64,000 nucleotides of DNA, taken from the NCBI RefSeq assembly GCF_018977255.1, contig NW_024704750.1:4092001-4156000 (forward strand). The letters run 5' to 3'. The position numbers were made by a program, and so were the translations under genes. This DNA is from Callorhinchus milii. Taxonomy: Eukaryota. Of the stretch, positions 24,262-36,634 are shown in pieces. How positions within the stretch are numbered: position 1 is the first letter of the stretch; every line of letters begins with the position of its first letter. Below the pieces are notes generated by a model that was not told the origin of the DNA, did not search any database, and saw only the letters and a program-made list of their open reading frames with translations.

Positions 24262-27200
24262 TTAATCGATATCCACCAGTTCAACTTCAAAAATAAGTTT
24301 AGCATTTGGTGGGATTCTGTTTGAAACAGTTAAAGAAAATCAGGTTGTGGTGAAATTTTAAAAGCTGTTAAACTGCAGTAAAGCCACATTTTTTGCGATA
24401 ACGAAAGTATGCACTTCTTTGAGATCAATGGTAGATATTTATAATGTTTAGATGGTCGGAGTGACATTTATAAATCCATAATAAGTAGTTATTGTCAGGT
24501 CTGTTTGAAAACTGCGCCTCGGCATACAATATTATTAACACACAGTACCACAATCCCAATCCACCATTCCTTTGAAAGGTTCAAAACCCTAACATCAGCG
24601 CAATAAACAGGTTGCAAGTTCAAAACTTGAATTCTCCGTCTTTTGAGGGTGTTTTTGCAGGGTCCTATAGCTCAGTAGTTAGAGCACTCTCCTTGCAAGC
24701 TAGACAGCTGGTTCAATTCCAGGCAGGGCGAAACCTTGGGCAAGTTTCCTTACTCTACATGCCTAATAATAATCCCTCCAAAATAAAAAATAATAAATTG
24801 GGACACTGCTGTGCGCAATTGGCTGCCGCGTTTTGCCCACATATATACAGTCAATTCACTTTACAGTATATTCTGTGGAGCGCTTTGAGATGTCTAGAAG
24901 ATGTAAAAAGCGCTATATCAAATGCAAGTATTATTAATATTTTTCAGGAGGTGGACAGAGTATGGTTTCCATCCAGGAGCTGCTAATGTGTTTGCCTCTC
25001 CTGTAATTTTCACAATTCTTCCTGTGCCTCTTCCAGCACCTTGGGACATCCTCCCAATGTGTAAGGTTCTATATAAATGTAATTTGTTGTACAGGATCAT
25101 TTAAGACTAGTAGGTACTGTACATTGCACTGGACCCACTAACCTGTAACCATTCTGCAACTACGTTTGAGTTCTTAAGCTGCAAACGTTCTTCATCTACC
25201 ATGTTTTTCACCAGACTGCCACTTGAAAAGGATACTTAGCATCTGGCTGCCCTTTCTTGCCATAAGCCCACTCCGACTCAATCTCTAGACAGGCCTTTTC
25301 CCCTTTAGTCATTGTCAGGAGCGCTTCATCCCACTGCACAGAGAAGAGAGTCTTTGGTCAGTTAAGAGTCGGACAGCAAATGGGAGACGATCCTGATCAC
25401 TTGTACAAAACATGATTTCAAAGGACGGTTTTCCTCAGACAATCATTACTGTGGAAAGATAGCTCTATGCTCTTACCCCACGGATAACTCTTCCAACTCC
25501 TACTTTAAAGCTCAATGGTTTTGATCCTTTTTTCTTTTTTGAACCTAAAAAGGGGAATATAATCCAATAATTATCCCAAAAGCTCTCTGTACCCCTTTAT
25601 AAAGACAATTCAGAATATTATCTTGTAATGTAATAAAACATATCTTCAATAGCAACATCTTTAAACATTGGATTGTGTTCACGCTATTTTACCTAACGTT
25701 TCTAATTAAATGAATAACAACAACAAAAACAAGATTCCATTTATAGAGTGCCTTTCACGTCGGGAGGACGTCCCAAGGCGCTGAGCTGTCCTTAGGACAG
25801 CTTAGGAGCTTAGGATCCTTAGGAGCTGAGCTGTCAGAAGAGGCAGGATACTTTCGCATAGGGACAGAACGACTAAATACATTAGGAAGGAAAGTCACCA
25901 AGCAGCATTCCTACATGGATCCCAAGAGACAGCCCAGAGTATCAGTGGAATAGACATAACAAGTCGACATTACTTTGTCTTAAAAATACATTGCCAATTC
26001 CTTGATACCCTAACAGCTAATATGTGCGGCACTAAGCTATGCAGACCCAAGGTTTTCAGTTCAATTCCCAGGTTTAAGGTCATCTCCAAGCAGGAAAAGC
26101 CTTTCAATTGTATCAGGACCCCTGGTCCCATTATTCATCACTATCCAGTGACTCCTACTGGACATAGGAATCTAGATATTAAATCAGAATATAGAGCTTG
26201 GCTTTGATTATATTTCCCACTCCCTCCCCACTCGAAACACCCACTGTGCTTGGCTCACAACACGAAGAATAGCCACTTAGAGAAGGCACCAACATGAACC
26301 AAGGCCCTTCAAACTATCCTAACAAGGAATGAACACCTTCAGGAGGATGGGGTAGTCCACATGTATGCACATGACATCCAACTCTACCCCCAGCTCCGGT
26401 CCGAAACTGACTGTCCAGCGTGAAAGGCGTTATACAAATGTCATTTTGTGTTGTTGTTGTTGTAGTCTCTTAATTTGAACATAAAATGCCATACCACAGG
26501 AAGAACCCCGGGAGCAGCCTATTTCATTGGTTCGTTGAGGAATACAAAAGAATCTGTAAGTGTTCATACTAACTTATCACATTGAAATATCTCGAAGCAT
26601 GTCACAGATCATTATTATCAAGTATGGTGACTGTTTTTTCCAGGCATGCATAGAAATCATTTGCACCAGGAAAGGTCCCATGAGGGGCCATTGAATGGCT
26701 TGGACTGGGAGAAACGCTTCTCTTTAAACCTAATAGATTGAATGAGTTTCAAAAGGCAACAATAAACTATACAAATTAATTTGGGTCCTTCACTGCGGCA
26801 GATTATTAAACATTTCTGCATTATATGATCCTTACTAGAAGCAATGTTTGTATCGAACACCGTTCCATCTTCTAATGTTCCCGTGTACCAACAGTGGACA
26901 GTGTCACCCTTCTTGGGAAAGTTGATCCGGTCTCCTTTTTTCAACACATTTTTGGTGTATTTTGGTGGGCCCTAGAATTAATAAGCAGGATTGAAACTGT
27001 AGTTGTAGTCATTTAATTATTTGACATGTTATTTGATATGTTAAATAAAAGTTAAAAAGGTTGATTTATAGCTCACATCATGTTCCATCACTATTTTAAT
27101 AAACACTAATGGTTATCAAGAAATAAAGAACATGGTTTTTTTTAAACAAAATCTGGAATGCAGGTCCTAAATGCAACTTTGAAAACAGCTATCGATTGAA

Positions 27201-29978
27201 AAGTATGCTGTAAATTTGACCACTTGGACATTCGCACCAGTCCTGGTTGAGTGTGTACTAAATCAATGCCTTGTTTATAGTAGCTACCCGGGTAATAATG
27301 CCCATAGCACGGCCATAAATCAAGAAATATTCAGTCAAGAAAATGTAATTATTTGAACCTGTATATCACCTGTCACGTCAGGAGGATGTCCCAAGGCACT
27401 GGACAATCAATGTTTTTAATTTAAAAATATATATATATATCTATAATTTCTAATTTTAAAACTTATTTTATTCCCAAACCTCTGGAACGATTTCTTCAGG
27501 CTTCTTATCCTTTGGTTTGTCTTTTGCAGGCCCAATATTCACATCCTTAAGCTGCTGTGTGACTTCTTCAGTACCTTTAAACCTCTGTAAATGTAAAAAT
27601 AAATATAGAAATCTCCCCACACGATTAATTAAAAATCAAAGGGAAATAACTTGCCTATTTATGCAGTCTTACACAAATACTGCACAGTGAACAACAGTGA
27701 AAGCGGGTTTAACTGTATATCTGCATAAACACCATTGAATGATCAGTACACCCCATTGTTGCACCTATTAAATGTTTGTTTACATTGACAAACCTTTAGC
27801 TTAAAATTATACATTTCTCACAATTTCTCCATCACAGTAGAATTAAGCCTCAATATCTAAGCTACATTTGCAAAGTTATGTTATTGGTTTAAAAGGCTCC
27901 TTCCTTACCTTGCTTTCAAACAGTTGATTGTAGGCAATAATTAGCTGCTCCTTCTTTGCAGTCTTGGCTACATTTTTGATATTTCCCATCAATTTATGTT
28001 CAGAAAGAAACTATTTTTTTCAAAAAAATGTGCATAAGTTAGATAATTGTGTACTGTTGAGGAATACCGTGTGTATTCATATCTCATCTATCAATGCAAT
28101 GAGCAATTTTGTCTGATATTTGAGTGGATTACAGCTGTTCTGCTCCCCCCCCCATGAAACGTTTTGAATACTTGTAATACTAAAAGTTATTAAAACACCA
28201 TTGAACGATTTTGTTTCATAATAAAGTATTAGGATTGAGATTAATTTTGCGCTTCAATTTTCTGTACTGTAACTTTGTACAATTTTTTAAAAAAAGCATA
28301 TCTATAAATTATAAATGAGGTGTTTTCCCCCTTCCCTCCCTGATCGAACAGAAAATCAATAAGGAAGAGAGATGGGGCACAATGCGGGAAAATAGGGGGC
28401 ACGGGAAGAGAAGAGAGAAACGTAGAAAGATTCATGTCCCTTAAAAGATTTCAAACGTGGGATTTTTTTATTTTTTTTTGCTTTTGCTTTGCAAAAAAAA
28501 ATGCCGCGGGCGCGAGCGATGGATCGAGCGAGCGATGGATCGATCGGTTAAGAACATAAGGGTTTGCTACGGCGAAAGAAGACCAAACAAGGTCCGTCTA
28601 ATTGGCCTTCTGCCATCCTGGCAGTCGCTTGACATGTCGTGTCCCGAACTACATACCGTATCCCCAGATAAGTTATGATCCGATGCGATTCACTGCCCGA
28701 ACCCCAATCATTCCATTATTATTAATAATGATGGTTATTGTTGTTATTATTATTGTTGTTGTTGCTGTTGTTGTCACTTGACCATTTGTCAGCAAAGACA
28801 ATTTCCCCACAGAGAGAGAGAGAGGATCACTCAGTTAGATTGAGAGAATGGAGTGAGAGAGAGAGAGAGTGAGAGAGAGGATCACTCATTTAGATTGAGA
28901 GAATGGAGTGAGAGAGAGAGAGAGAGAGAGTGAGAGAGAGGATCACTCATTTAGATTGAGAGAATGGAGTGAGAGTGAGAGAGAGAGAGTGAGAGAGAGG
29001 ATCACTCATTTAGATTGAGAGAATGGAGTGAGAGTGAGAGAGAGAGAGTGAGAGAGAGGATCACTCATTTAGATTGAGAGAATGGAGTGAGAGAGAGAGA
29101 GAGTGAGAGAGAGGATCACTCATTTAGATTGAGAGAATGGAGTGAGAGAGAGAGAGAGAGTGAGAGAGAGGATCACTCAGTTAGATTGAGAGAATGGAGT
29201 GAGAGAGAGAGAGTGAGAGAGAGGATCACTCATTTAGATTGAGAGAATGGAGTGAGAGAGAGAGAGAGAGTGAGAGAGAGGATCACTCATTTAGATTGAG
29301 AGAATGGAGTGAGAGTGAGAGAGAGAGAGTGAGAGAGAGGATCACTCATTTAGATTGAGAGAATGGAGTGAGAGAGAGAGAGAGAGAGTGAGAGAGAGGA
29401 TCACTCATTTAGATTGAGAGAATGGAGTGAGAGAGAGAGAGAGAGTGAGAGAGAGGATCACTCGTTTAGATTGAGAGAATGGAGTGAGAGAGAGAGTGAG
29501 AGAGAGGATCACTCATTTAGATTGAGAGAATGGAGTGAGAGAGAGAGAGAGAGGATCACTCGTTTAGATCGAGAGAATGGAGTGAGAGTGAGAGAGAGAG
29601 AGTGAGAGAGAGGATCACTCATTTAGATTGAGAGAATGGAGTGAGAGTGAGTGAGTGAGAGAGAGAGAGAGAGTGAAGTCAAGAACCTCGAGGCCTCTGT
29701 TTGTGGCTGAGGCAGCGGGAGCCGCACTGGCGGCCGCTGGAGTGAGAGCCGCAGCCCAGGGCGCTGAGACCTCTCCCACCCCCACCAATGGCCGCCATTG
29801 CTCCCCCTCCCTCCCTCCCTCCCTCTCCCCCCCCCCACACCCCCTCTCTCCCTCTCCCCCCCCCACCCCTCACCGGCTCCGAGGCCCTCTCCTGCAGGAA
29901 CTGGATCATCTCCTTTTTAGACACATCGTCGCCCTTCAGCTGCTCCTCGCTCCACGCTCTGACTGCTTCACCTGCCAT
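24262..29978 (-). CDS. FKBP3: Peptidyl-prolyl cis-trans isomerase FKBP3 (FKBP25), 222 aa, 7 exons
   Basis: Exons 29978-29874, 28010-27909, 27584-27480, 26971-26836, 25544-25477, 25333-25236 and 24316-24262 total 669 nt. [130 protein letters not shown] on the minus strand at 24017-24022. Confidence 0.97.
24317..25235 (-). other. U12-type (minor spliceosome) GT-AG intron, last intron of FKBP3
   Basis: 5' splice site GTATCCTTTT. Branch site TTCTTTAAC (24329-24337) lies ~14 nt from the CAG acceptor, with no long pyrimidine tract. Confidence 0.88.
24660..24935 (+). mobile_element. tRNA-derived SINE with L2 tail (diverged copy)
   Basis: Same head, body and tail as 18784-19095. Confidence 0.85.
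28811..29675. repeat. Minisatellite in FKBP3 intron 1: ~15 copies of GAGGATCACTCATTTAGATTGAGAGAATGGAGT plus variable (GA)n, unit ~47-61 bp
   Basis: 15 occurrences of the GATCACTC core counted; spacers are GA microsatellite of variable length. Confidence 0.95.
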
Positions 29979-30870
29979 CTTCCTCCCCCTCGTCCTCCTC
30001 CTCCTCCTCCCCCTCGCGCCACCGCCACCGCCGCGGCTGCTCCTCCCTCCGCCTCCAGCAACAGCCGCGGCGGCGGCGCGGGGCGGGGCGGGGCGGGGGC
30101 GGGCGGGCGGGGGGCGGGGCCGAGCCAATAGCCCAAAGTCCACCCAAAAGTAGCCCCGAAAAACAGCCCCCAATAATATTACGCCCTTCATCTCCTATCA
30201 TGAGGGCGGCGGCGTCGTCACAGGTTGTTGTGTAAATCGTGTCGTGTCGTGTGTGTGTGGTGTAAAAAAAAAGTTCTTCGAAGGTGAAAGGATAAGAAAA
30301 AAATGTATTTTTTTTGGGGGGTGGGGGGGAGGTTTATCCCCACCCGCCCGTTGCCGCTAAAACCCGCCCAATTGGGCGTGAACCCGCCCACGCGCTCGGC
30401 AGATGGTGGTGGGACTTGTTCACCGCCGCCATCTTGGCCATCCCAACCTGGTGCCCTGTGAGGCCTGACCTTGACTGACTGACTGACTGACTGACTGGGG
30501 GGGGGTCACAACCACACCCCAACACCCCCCACCCCCCTCCCTCCCCCCAAACTGTACCCCCAACAATGGTCTGGATTGTTTGTTCTTGTTCCTCCTCCTG
30601 TTTATCGCAACGCCCGTTGGCGAGAAGCGACTCAGCGGAACGCTGCTCACCGCCCGCTGGTCGAGATCCCGGCGCCCGCGCGAGAGGCCGCTCCGCAAAT
30701 GTACATTTGCCGTTGTGGTGGCGGCGGCGGTGGTGGCGGTGTGGGTGGTGGTGGGCGGGCGGGAGACGGGGTAGGAAATTGCTGGTCCTGCGAGGGGCGT
30801 CCGCGCGAGGAATTGGCCCCTCATTTCGAGGGAAGGCAGCTCCTCGCCGGGATCAGCGCCTCGGGACGTC
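29690..30870. promoter_or_regulatory. FKBP3 CpG island and upstream promoter region
   Basis: CpG-dense. Tandem GC boxes at 30080-30120, CCAAT at 30126, and YY1 motif GCCGCCATCTTGG at ~30425. Confidence 0.7.
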
Positions 30871-31189
30871 CTCCCGGCGTGAAAGGCGCTCTCTTTAAGT
30901 GCAATCGTCTTGCTGTCGTTGTCGATTCAGAAGATTGCAGAAGATGGCGATAGAGGATTATGGGCTGAAGAGTGTAGGGGGAGGCAACTCGCGGAAGGTG
31001 GTCAGCGAGGACAGCTCTTGAGATATCGAGTGTGGACGGGCAAAAGTGCATGGACCCGGGGTTTAGCTGCTTTTGGGCGACGTAAGGATGGAGGTGGTTG
31101 ATGTTCTGGAGATCGAGGAAAGCTGTGGCCGTCAAAAAAAACAAAACGGATGTAGAGTTCGAAGAAAGAAATGATCCCCATCAGCCTTC

Positions 31190-31436
31190 AAACCTCGGGC
31201 AAGTTTCCTTACTCCACACAGAGCCTAATAATAATCCCTCCAAAACCCAAAACAATAATAAATTGGTCATTTTCGATCTACGACTGTTTGTGGGACATTG
31301 CTTTGCGCAATTGGCTGCCGCGTTCGCCCACAAATATACAGTCAATTCACTTCACAGTGTGTTCTGTGAAGCGCTTTGGGACGTCCTTCCGACGTGAAAA
31401 GTGCTATATCAAATGCAAGGATTATTATTATTATTA
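31190..31436 (+). mobile_element. 5'-truncated tRNA-derived SINE with L2 tail
   Basis: Body and tail match the SINE family; the head is missing. Confidence 0.85.
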
Positions 31437-32386
31437 GAGGTGTCCACCAGGCAAAGCTTAAACGGGGAATTTACTATATTCACGTCAGTCGGCTCAGCTG
31501 ATCAGCTTTTGCACAAGTTAAATAAAGTTAAATAAGCAGAAAAGTCCATCAAAGAAGTTACAACAGCCAAATTCAAGAAAGGAAATGTTGTGGTAGTTAG
31601 GAATTGGCCAAAAGGAAGACTTCACCTCATTAGTACAGTATTCTAATTCACAACCTTCTGGTTTCAAGTCTGGTGCTCAAGCGAGCAAAGTATGCTGTAA
31701 TGTTCAGATTTTTAGAAAGTTCCATAGAAATGTCTTACTATTGATAACATATTCATGCCAAATGTTGCACTTCCACTCTGTCTCTGTGAAGCACTTTGAC
31801 ACGAATACTCTGCGTGAAAGGCATTTTGTAAGTGTAAATTGTTGTTCGAGTGCTCCGAGACGCTACCCCACGTGAAGGATGCTATCATAAATAGCTGCAA
31901 AGCTGTCAACATCAGGTTAGTCTACTTGGAGTGAGTGACATAAATGATGAGCGCGATTGATTGGAAAATATTTAAACACAGTGGAAGTTATTATTTTTTC
32001 ACCAGTGACACAGTTCAAAATAGATTTTGGGTGCATTCAAAGTGATTCTGCTATATTTTTTGGTCAACTGGGTACCTGACATGCTGCTACTATGTGGCAC
32101 CTGGTGATGAGGGGCCTGAGGCAGCTGTTGTAGCTAAGGGTATCTTACCTGATAGCAATAACAGTGGGTGATGTTTTGAAGATGGAACAAAATGGTCCTT
32201 AGTCTTAGTTTGTTCTCAGTGTACAGTGTATAATTACCACAATTTTTAAAAATATCATCATTTAATTCAGTTTTATTTTGGGGAACCTCTTGCCTATTGG
32301 CATCAAAGTAATAATTATACTGTAGTTATGAATAACATATTTGAAGAAGTCAATTAATGCCGATTTCTCCAATAGCCATATAAGAG

Positions 32387-35300
32387 TTATGAAGATGCTC
32401 TCTCGGATGGGTCTTTTATTCTTCCCAAGAATAGTATGCTCTTTGTGGTTTCTTCATAGATCATTAGGAGAAATGGTCTGTCAAATTTGATTAAGGCAGG
32501 GAAAGACAATGTCATAATTCCCACAGTAGTGACTGAAGTAGCTTCGGTACCTTTCTCATCAACTTCCAGCACTGCATCGTGAGTAATCTTGCAAAATACA
32601 AACACAGGAAAAACAAACAAATAAATAAATACTCGATTTGAGCTCAAGGTGGCAAAGCTAGACATGAGGCAATTGTTCTTCTAGGTTTCCAGAGATTTCA
32701 AAATGTATTTACTGCATCTCAGAAAACATTCTGATTTAATGCACTAATCTTGGTTGATAAATATTGAAGCATTGTCTCAACTCTAAATATTAACTATTAC
32801 AGTATTATGAATGCATACATTTTTCTAGGAAGGTATTTTTTCTTTCTTGCGTTGGCAAGATATAGATTGGGTGTTTAAAGAAATTCTTTCATCTTTGATC
32901 CTAAGAGGCTTTTTTTAACTCAAAAATCTAAAATAGTAGATTGCTAGATATTGCAATTAAGTGTACCGAGGATACAGTATAAAGTGTGGAAGAAGAAACC
33001 ATTTGACCCAATCAACCTGTTTTTGCAACCATAAAAAATACATCTAATGCCGCTCACTCTAAACCACATAACTACAAAGATAATCAAGCAAAAAATATCC
33101 TTCAGAAAATTCATTGATACCCCACATACATCGATCCCCACATACATACATAACAACAACAACAACAACAAAATTACATTTATAGAGCGCCTTTCACGTC
33201 GGGAGGAGGTCCCAAGGTGCTGGACAGTCAGAGGTCAGCACCCATAACCCATAGGTATAATGGAGATTGCACCTTCTTGGTAATGCCGCCCTAATATTTA
33301 AGTACTGTACAGTGTATCCTAATGACTCGTTCAAGAGAACATACCTGGGAAACCTTCAGCTTCACACTTTCACTTATTCCAGACAGGTCGGCATGGGATG
33401 TAAATACATCTGTAACTCCCATTTCCATCAAGATGTCATTTAATTGGTAGGAATTTTTCACCATTAGTTTTGGAAAGTACAGATTGATGAATGAACTGTG
33501 GAATAAAATAAATTAAAATGAATAATAATAATAATAATGAATTATCATCGAATTCAAATGATACTTGTGCAGGGCCATGAACCCATCAATCTGAGAACGT
33601 AATAGTTTTGTATTTTAGTTATTAGTTACCTTCTGTAATGAAGTTGCTCCAACCATTCTCGGGAAAGATTTTCTTCCACGTGAGCTAGTTTATGTTCTGT
33701 AGGTAAGATGGCAATCATGGATATATTTCCTAAATAAACAAGCTTCACTACGGTGCAGAAGAGATTTCGGTCGAAAACTATTTGGAATCTGCCACGTTTG
33801 AACATCATTGGAACGTTTACTGTTTTGCCGTCGTCCGTTTGAAAGGTTGTTACTGCAGTGTGTGCTGGATCAAATGGATTCTTCCATTTACCTATTGGAC
33901 AGAAATATAGAGTAGTTTGGTATTTAACACAGCATTTAATATTTAAGATTGCTGCTGTTCTGCTGTTAATAATGTTTAAAGACTGATTTGTGATAATATA
34001 GTAATTATTTCACAACCAAATAGCAGACGTTTCAGCCCTGGAGAATGTCTCTCAACAATATCAGCTTTGATTGCAATTGATCTCTTCCCTGGCCGGATGT
34101 CCAAGTTACTAATAATAATCCTTGTATTTGATATAGTACCTTATATCATCGAGACGTCTATCAGTGCTTCACAGCATATACTGTAAAATGTAGGTAAAAC
34201 ACAGCAGCCAGTTAGTTGGGCATAGCAATATCCCACAAACAGCCATGGAGTGAGTGATCAATGTTATTTGGGGAATTGTTGACCAGCACACTGGGAGAAA
34301 GTCCCTTCTGTGTTTGAATAGTCCTATGGGATTGTTAACGTTTTCTTGAACAGGCAGACGGGTCCTTGGTTTTAACATCTCATCCGGGCATGGTGTTTAC
34401 CAGTCAATGGTCCCGCAACCAGGGAGGAAATTATGTATTCAATACCTTTGCCAGGTAAGAGCTTTTCAATTAAGATCAGATTTTACTCCATCCTGGAGTC
34501 CCTTTGCCTCACCCCTTCCCTCACCCGTGCCTTCAGTCAATTTCCCATCCACACCCACCCCCCACCCCACCCTTGCCCCCACCCCTTGCGAATCCAACCC
34601 TCACCTCGACTGACCAGCACCTTCAGACAACCTCCTGACGTGCGAGACGACTACATAAATGCAATTTGTTGTTGTTAGCGATCTATTAAGATTAAACACG
34701 TTTTACATGCACCCCTTCACATTATAATAATAATAATAATAATCCTTGCATTTGATATAGCGCTTTTCACGTCGGGAGGACGTCCCAAAGCGCTTCACAG
34801 AATAGACTGTAAAGTGAATTGACTGTATATTTGTGGGCGAACGTGGCAGCCAATTGCGCACAGCAATGTCCCACAAACAGTCGTAGATTGAAAATGACCA
34901 ATTTATTATTGTTTTTTTTTTGTTTTGGAGGGATTATTATTAGGCGTGTGGAGTTAGGAAACTTGCCCAAGGTTTCGCCCTAACAGCATGTCCTAAACAA
35001 GCATTCAAAAACTGAATCAGATTACCTTTAAAAAACATGTAGTTGATAAGCATCAGTTTAGTCGCAGGTTCAATTGAGTCAAAAAGTTTTTGAATTTTTC
35101 CATTTGTTACCTTTTTGATGTAATTGTTAATTTGCTGTGTGGCCCCTTCGGGATCTAAACTAAAATCCAAGTTGAACACATCAGCATTGTAAAACTTTTT
35201 GGTCTCATTTAAGAAGCCTGGCCGTACAGCAAAATCCTTTTGAATATGAAGGGAGTTTCCCGTTGACAGCAGAAAATTGCTATTTTCCATTGTCAAGGTC

Positions 35301-35641
35301 TGCAGCAAGTTCTTGAAGCCGGTGTTCATTTTTGTTCGTCGATCTTGGGTCATGTTCTTAAAATGAAGCCCTCCTAAGAGTTGCTCACGAGACGCTGACC
35401 TGGTTCCCAGAGACAGCATGGCTAAAGCAAAAGAAATGCTCAAAGGGGAGAAAAAAATGTTGGACGTGCTGTGGTTAGTGATTGTTTTGTAGAGATGGAA
35501 AGCAAAATCGGAATTTGCTGCAGAAATCGTGGCCATATCGGCAGGTGGCCGATCTCCTGGTGACTCCATGGGTTGGGAATGAGCTTCTGCTCCACTGGAA
35601 GAAGCAACTATCAACACAACGAGCACTGGAAGCAGCTTCAT
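32387..35641 (-). CDS. Secreted serpin (clade A / V2-type, alpha-1-antitrypsin-like), 409 aa, predicted inhibitory, P1-P1' Leu-Ser
   Basis: Coding exons 35641-35026, 33891-33630, 33495-33345 and 32587-32387 total 1230 nt in frame. Signal peptide MKLLPVLVVLIVASSSG; NIFFSPLSISFALAMLSLG; LINYMFFKG|KWKNPFD; hinge/RCL EKGTEATSVTTVGIMTLSFP; serpin signature IKFDRPFLLMI. Intron positions fit the A1AT-type gene structure. Confidence 0.92.
34723..34982 (-). mobile_element. tRNA-derived SINE with L2 tail (head truncated)
   Basis: Reverse complement of the SINE body and tail. Confidence 0.85.
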
Positions 35642-36290
35642 TTTGGCAGTTCTCCTCGACCCTTATTTTCTGGAGATGAACGGAACAAAGTGTGAATGTT
35701 TCCCAAGTACAATGTTTCTCCTGCTCCCTGCTTCCTGCCTCCAGTTGGTCACTTTCACGTTGCTCCCTTTCATATTGCTCCATCGCACCGCCACACATTA
35801 CACAGTTGTAGGTGGGTGAAATGTACCAGCCCTCAAGCATTGCAGCACTGATAGTGAAATAAATGGTGCAGTGCTTGTCTGTGAGCGCTTTGGCTTGCAA
35901 AGCCAGGGAAATTTTCACACATCCAAATTTCAATCAGATCAACCAAGGACCTTCCTGGTTTTATCTTATTTTTCTATTTATTTATAATAACACTCGTTGG
36001 ACATAGTTATAATATCTCCAATCGCTCTTTGTACATATTTAAACGTGTTTCATACAAATAGATTTGCATTATGTTTGATTTCACATGCATGAGATTCCAA
36101 AAATATACTCGCTTAAACAGTCACCATGAAAGCAATTTTTTTTTTCTAAAACATTTTTTTTATGCATTTGGAAAGTCGGAGAACTAAAGAAAATCAATCG
36201 TGGACAATTAATAAATCACGTTTTTTGTTAAAATGTCATACAGTGTTTTACTAGTTAATATGCTGCATAGTTCAACAATATTTTCAGTAC

Positions 36291-36490
36291 CTGATTGTTA
36301 GTTCTCTCCAAGAAAAGCCCACAACTTGTGCAACTGTGCTCTTATAGACATTGCAAAAATGTACTTTGTTCTTTGGTAGTGGAACAACACAAAGATCGAC
36401 AAATCTGTTGGCTCTTCATTACACAACTATGGTTTTCAAAAACATTTTTTTGCATCAATTCAGCATTTTTGTGAATTAATGTTTAACTTT
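36291..36490 (-). promoter_or_regulatory. Putative serpin promoter and short non-coding exon 1
   Basis: Minus strand: HNF1-like ATTAATGTTTAAC (36475-36487), HNF4-like CAAAGAACAAAGTAC (~36361-36375), C/EBP-like TTGCAAAA (36351), TATAAGA (36340-36346), donor CAG|gtactg at 36291. The acceptor of the ATG exon is at 35669. Confidence 0.55.
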
Positions 36491-36634
36491 TAAGAAATTC
36501 GAAAAGTTATTCTAAGAACAAGTTGTTGCACCAACGTAAATGTGAGGGTAAAAAAGATGTTTTCCTGAATAACATTATCAATGCACTTGTAGAAAAGATG
36601 AAGAGGAACAAATAATAATCCTTACATTGTAAAA

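Noticed and set aside
28811-29675. CRISPR-like repeat-spacer array
   Set aside because: Spacers are only (GA)n microsatellite, there are no cas genes, and the context is a vertebrate intron. It is a minisatellite.
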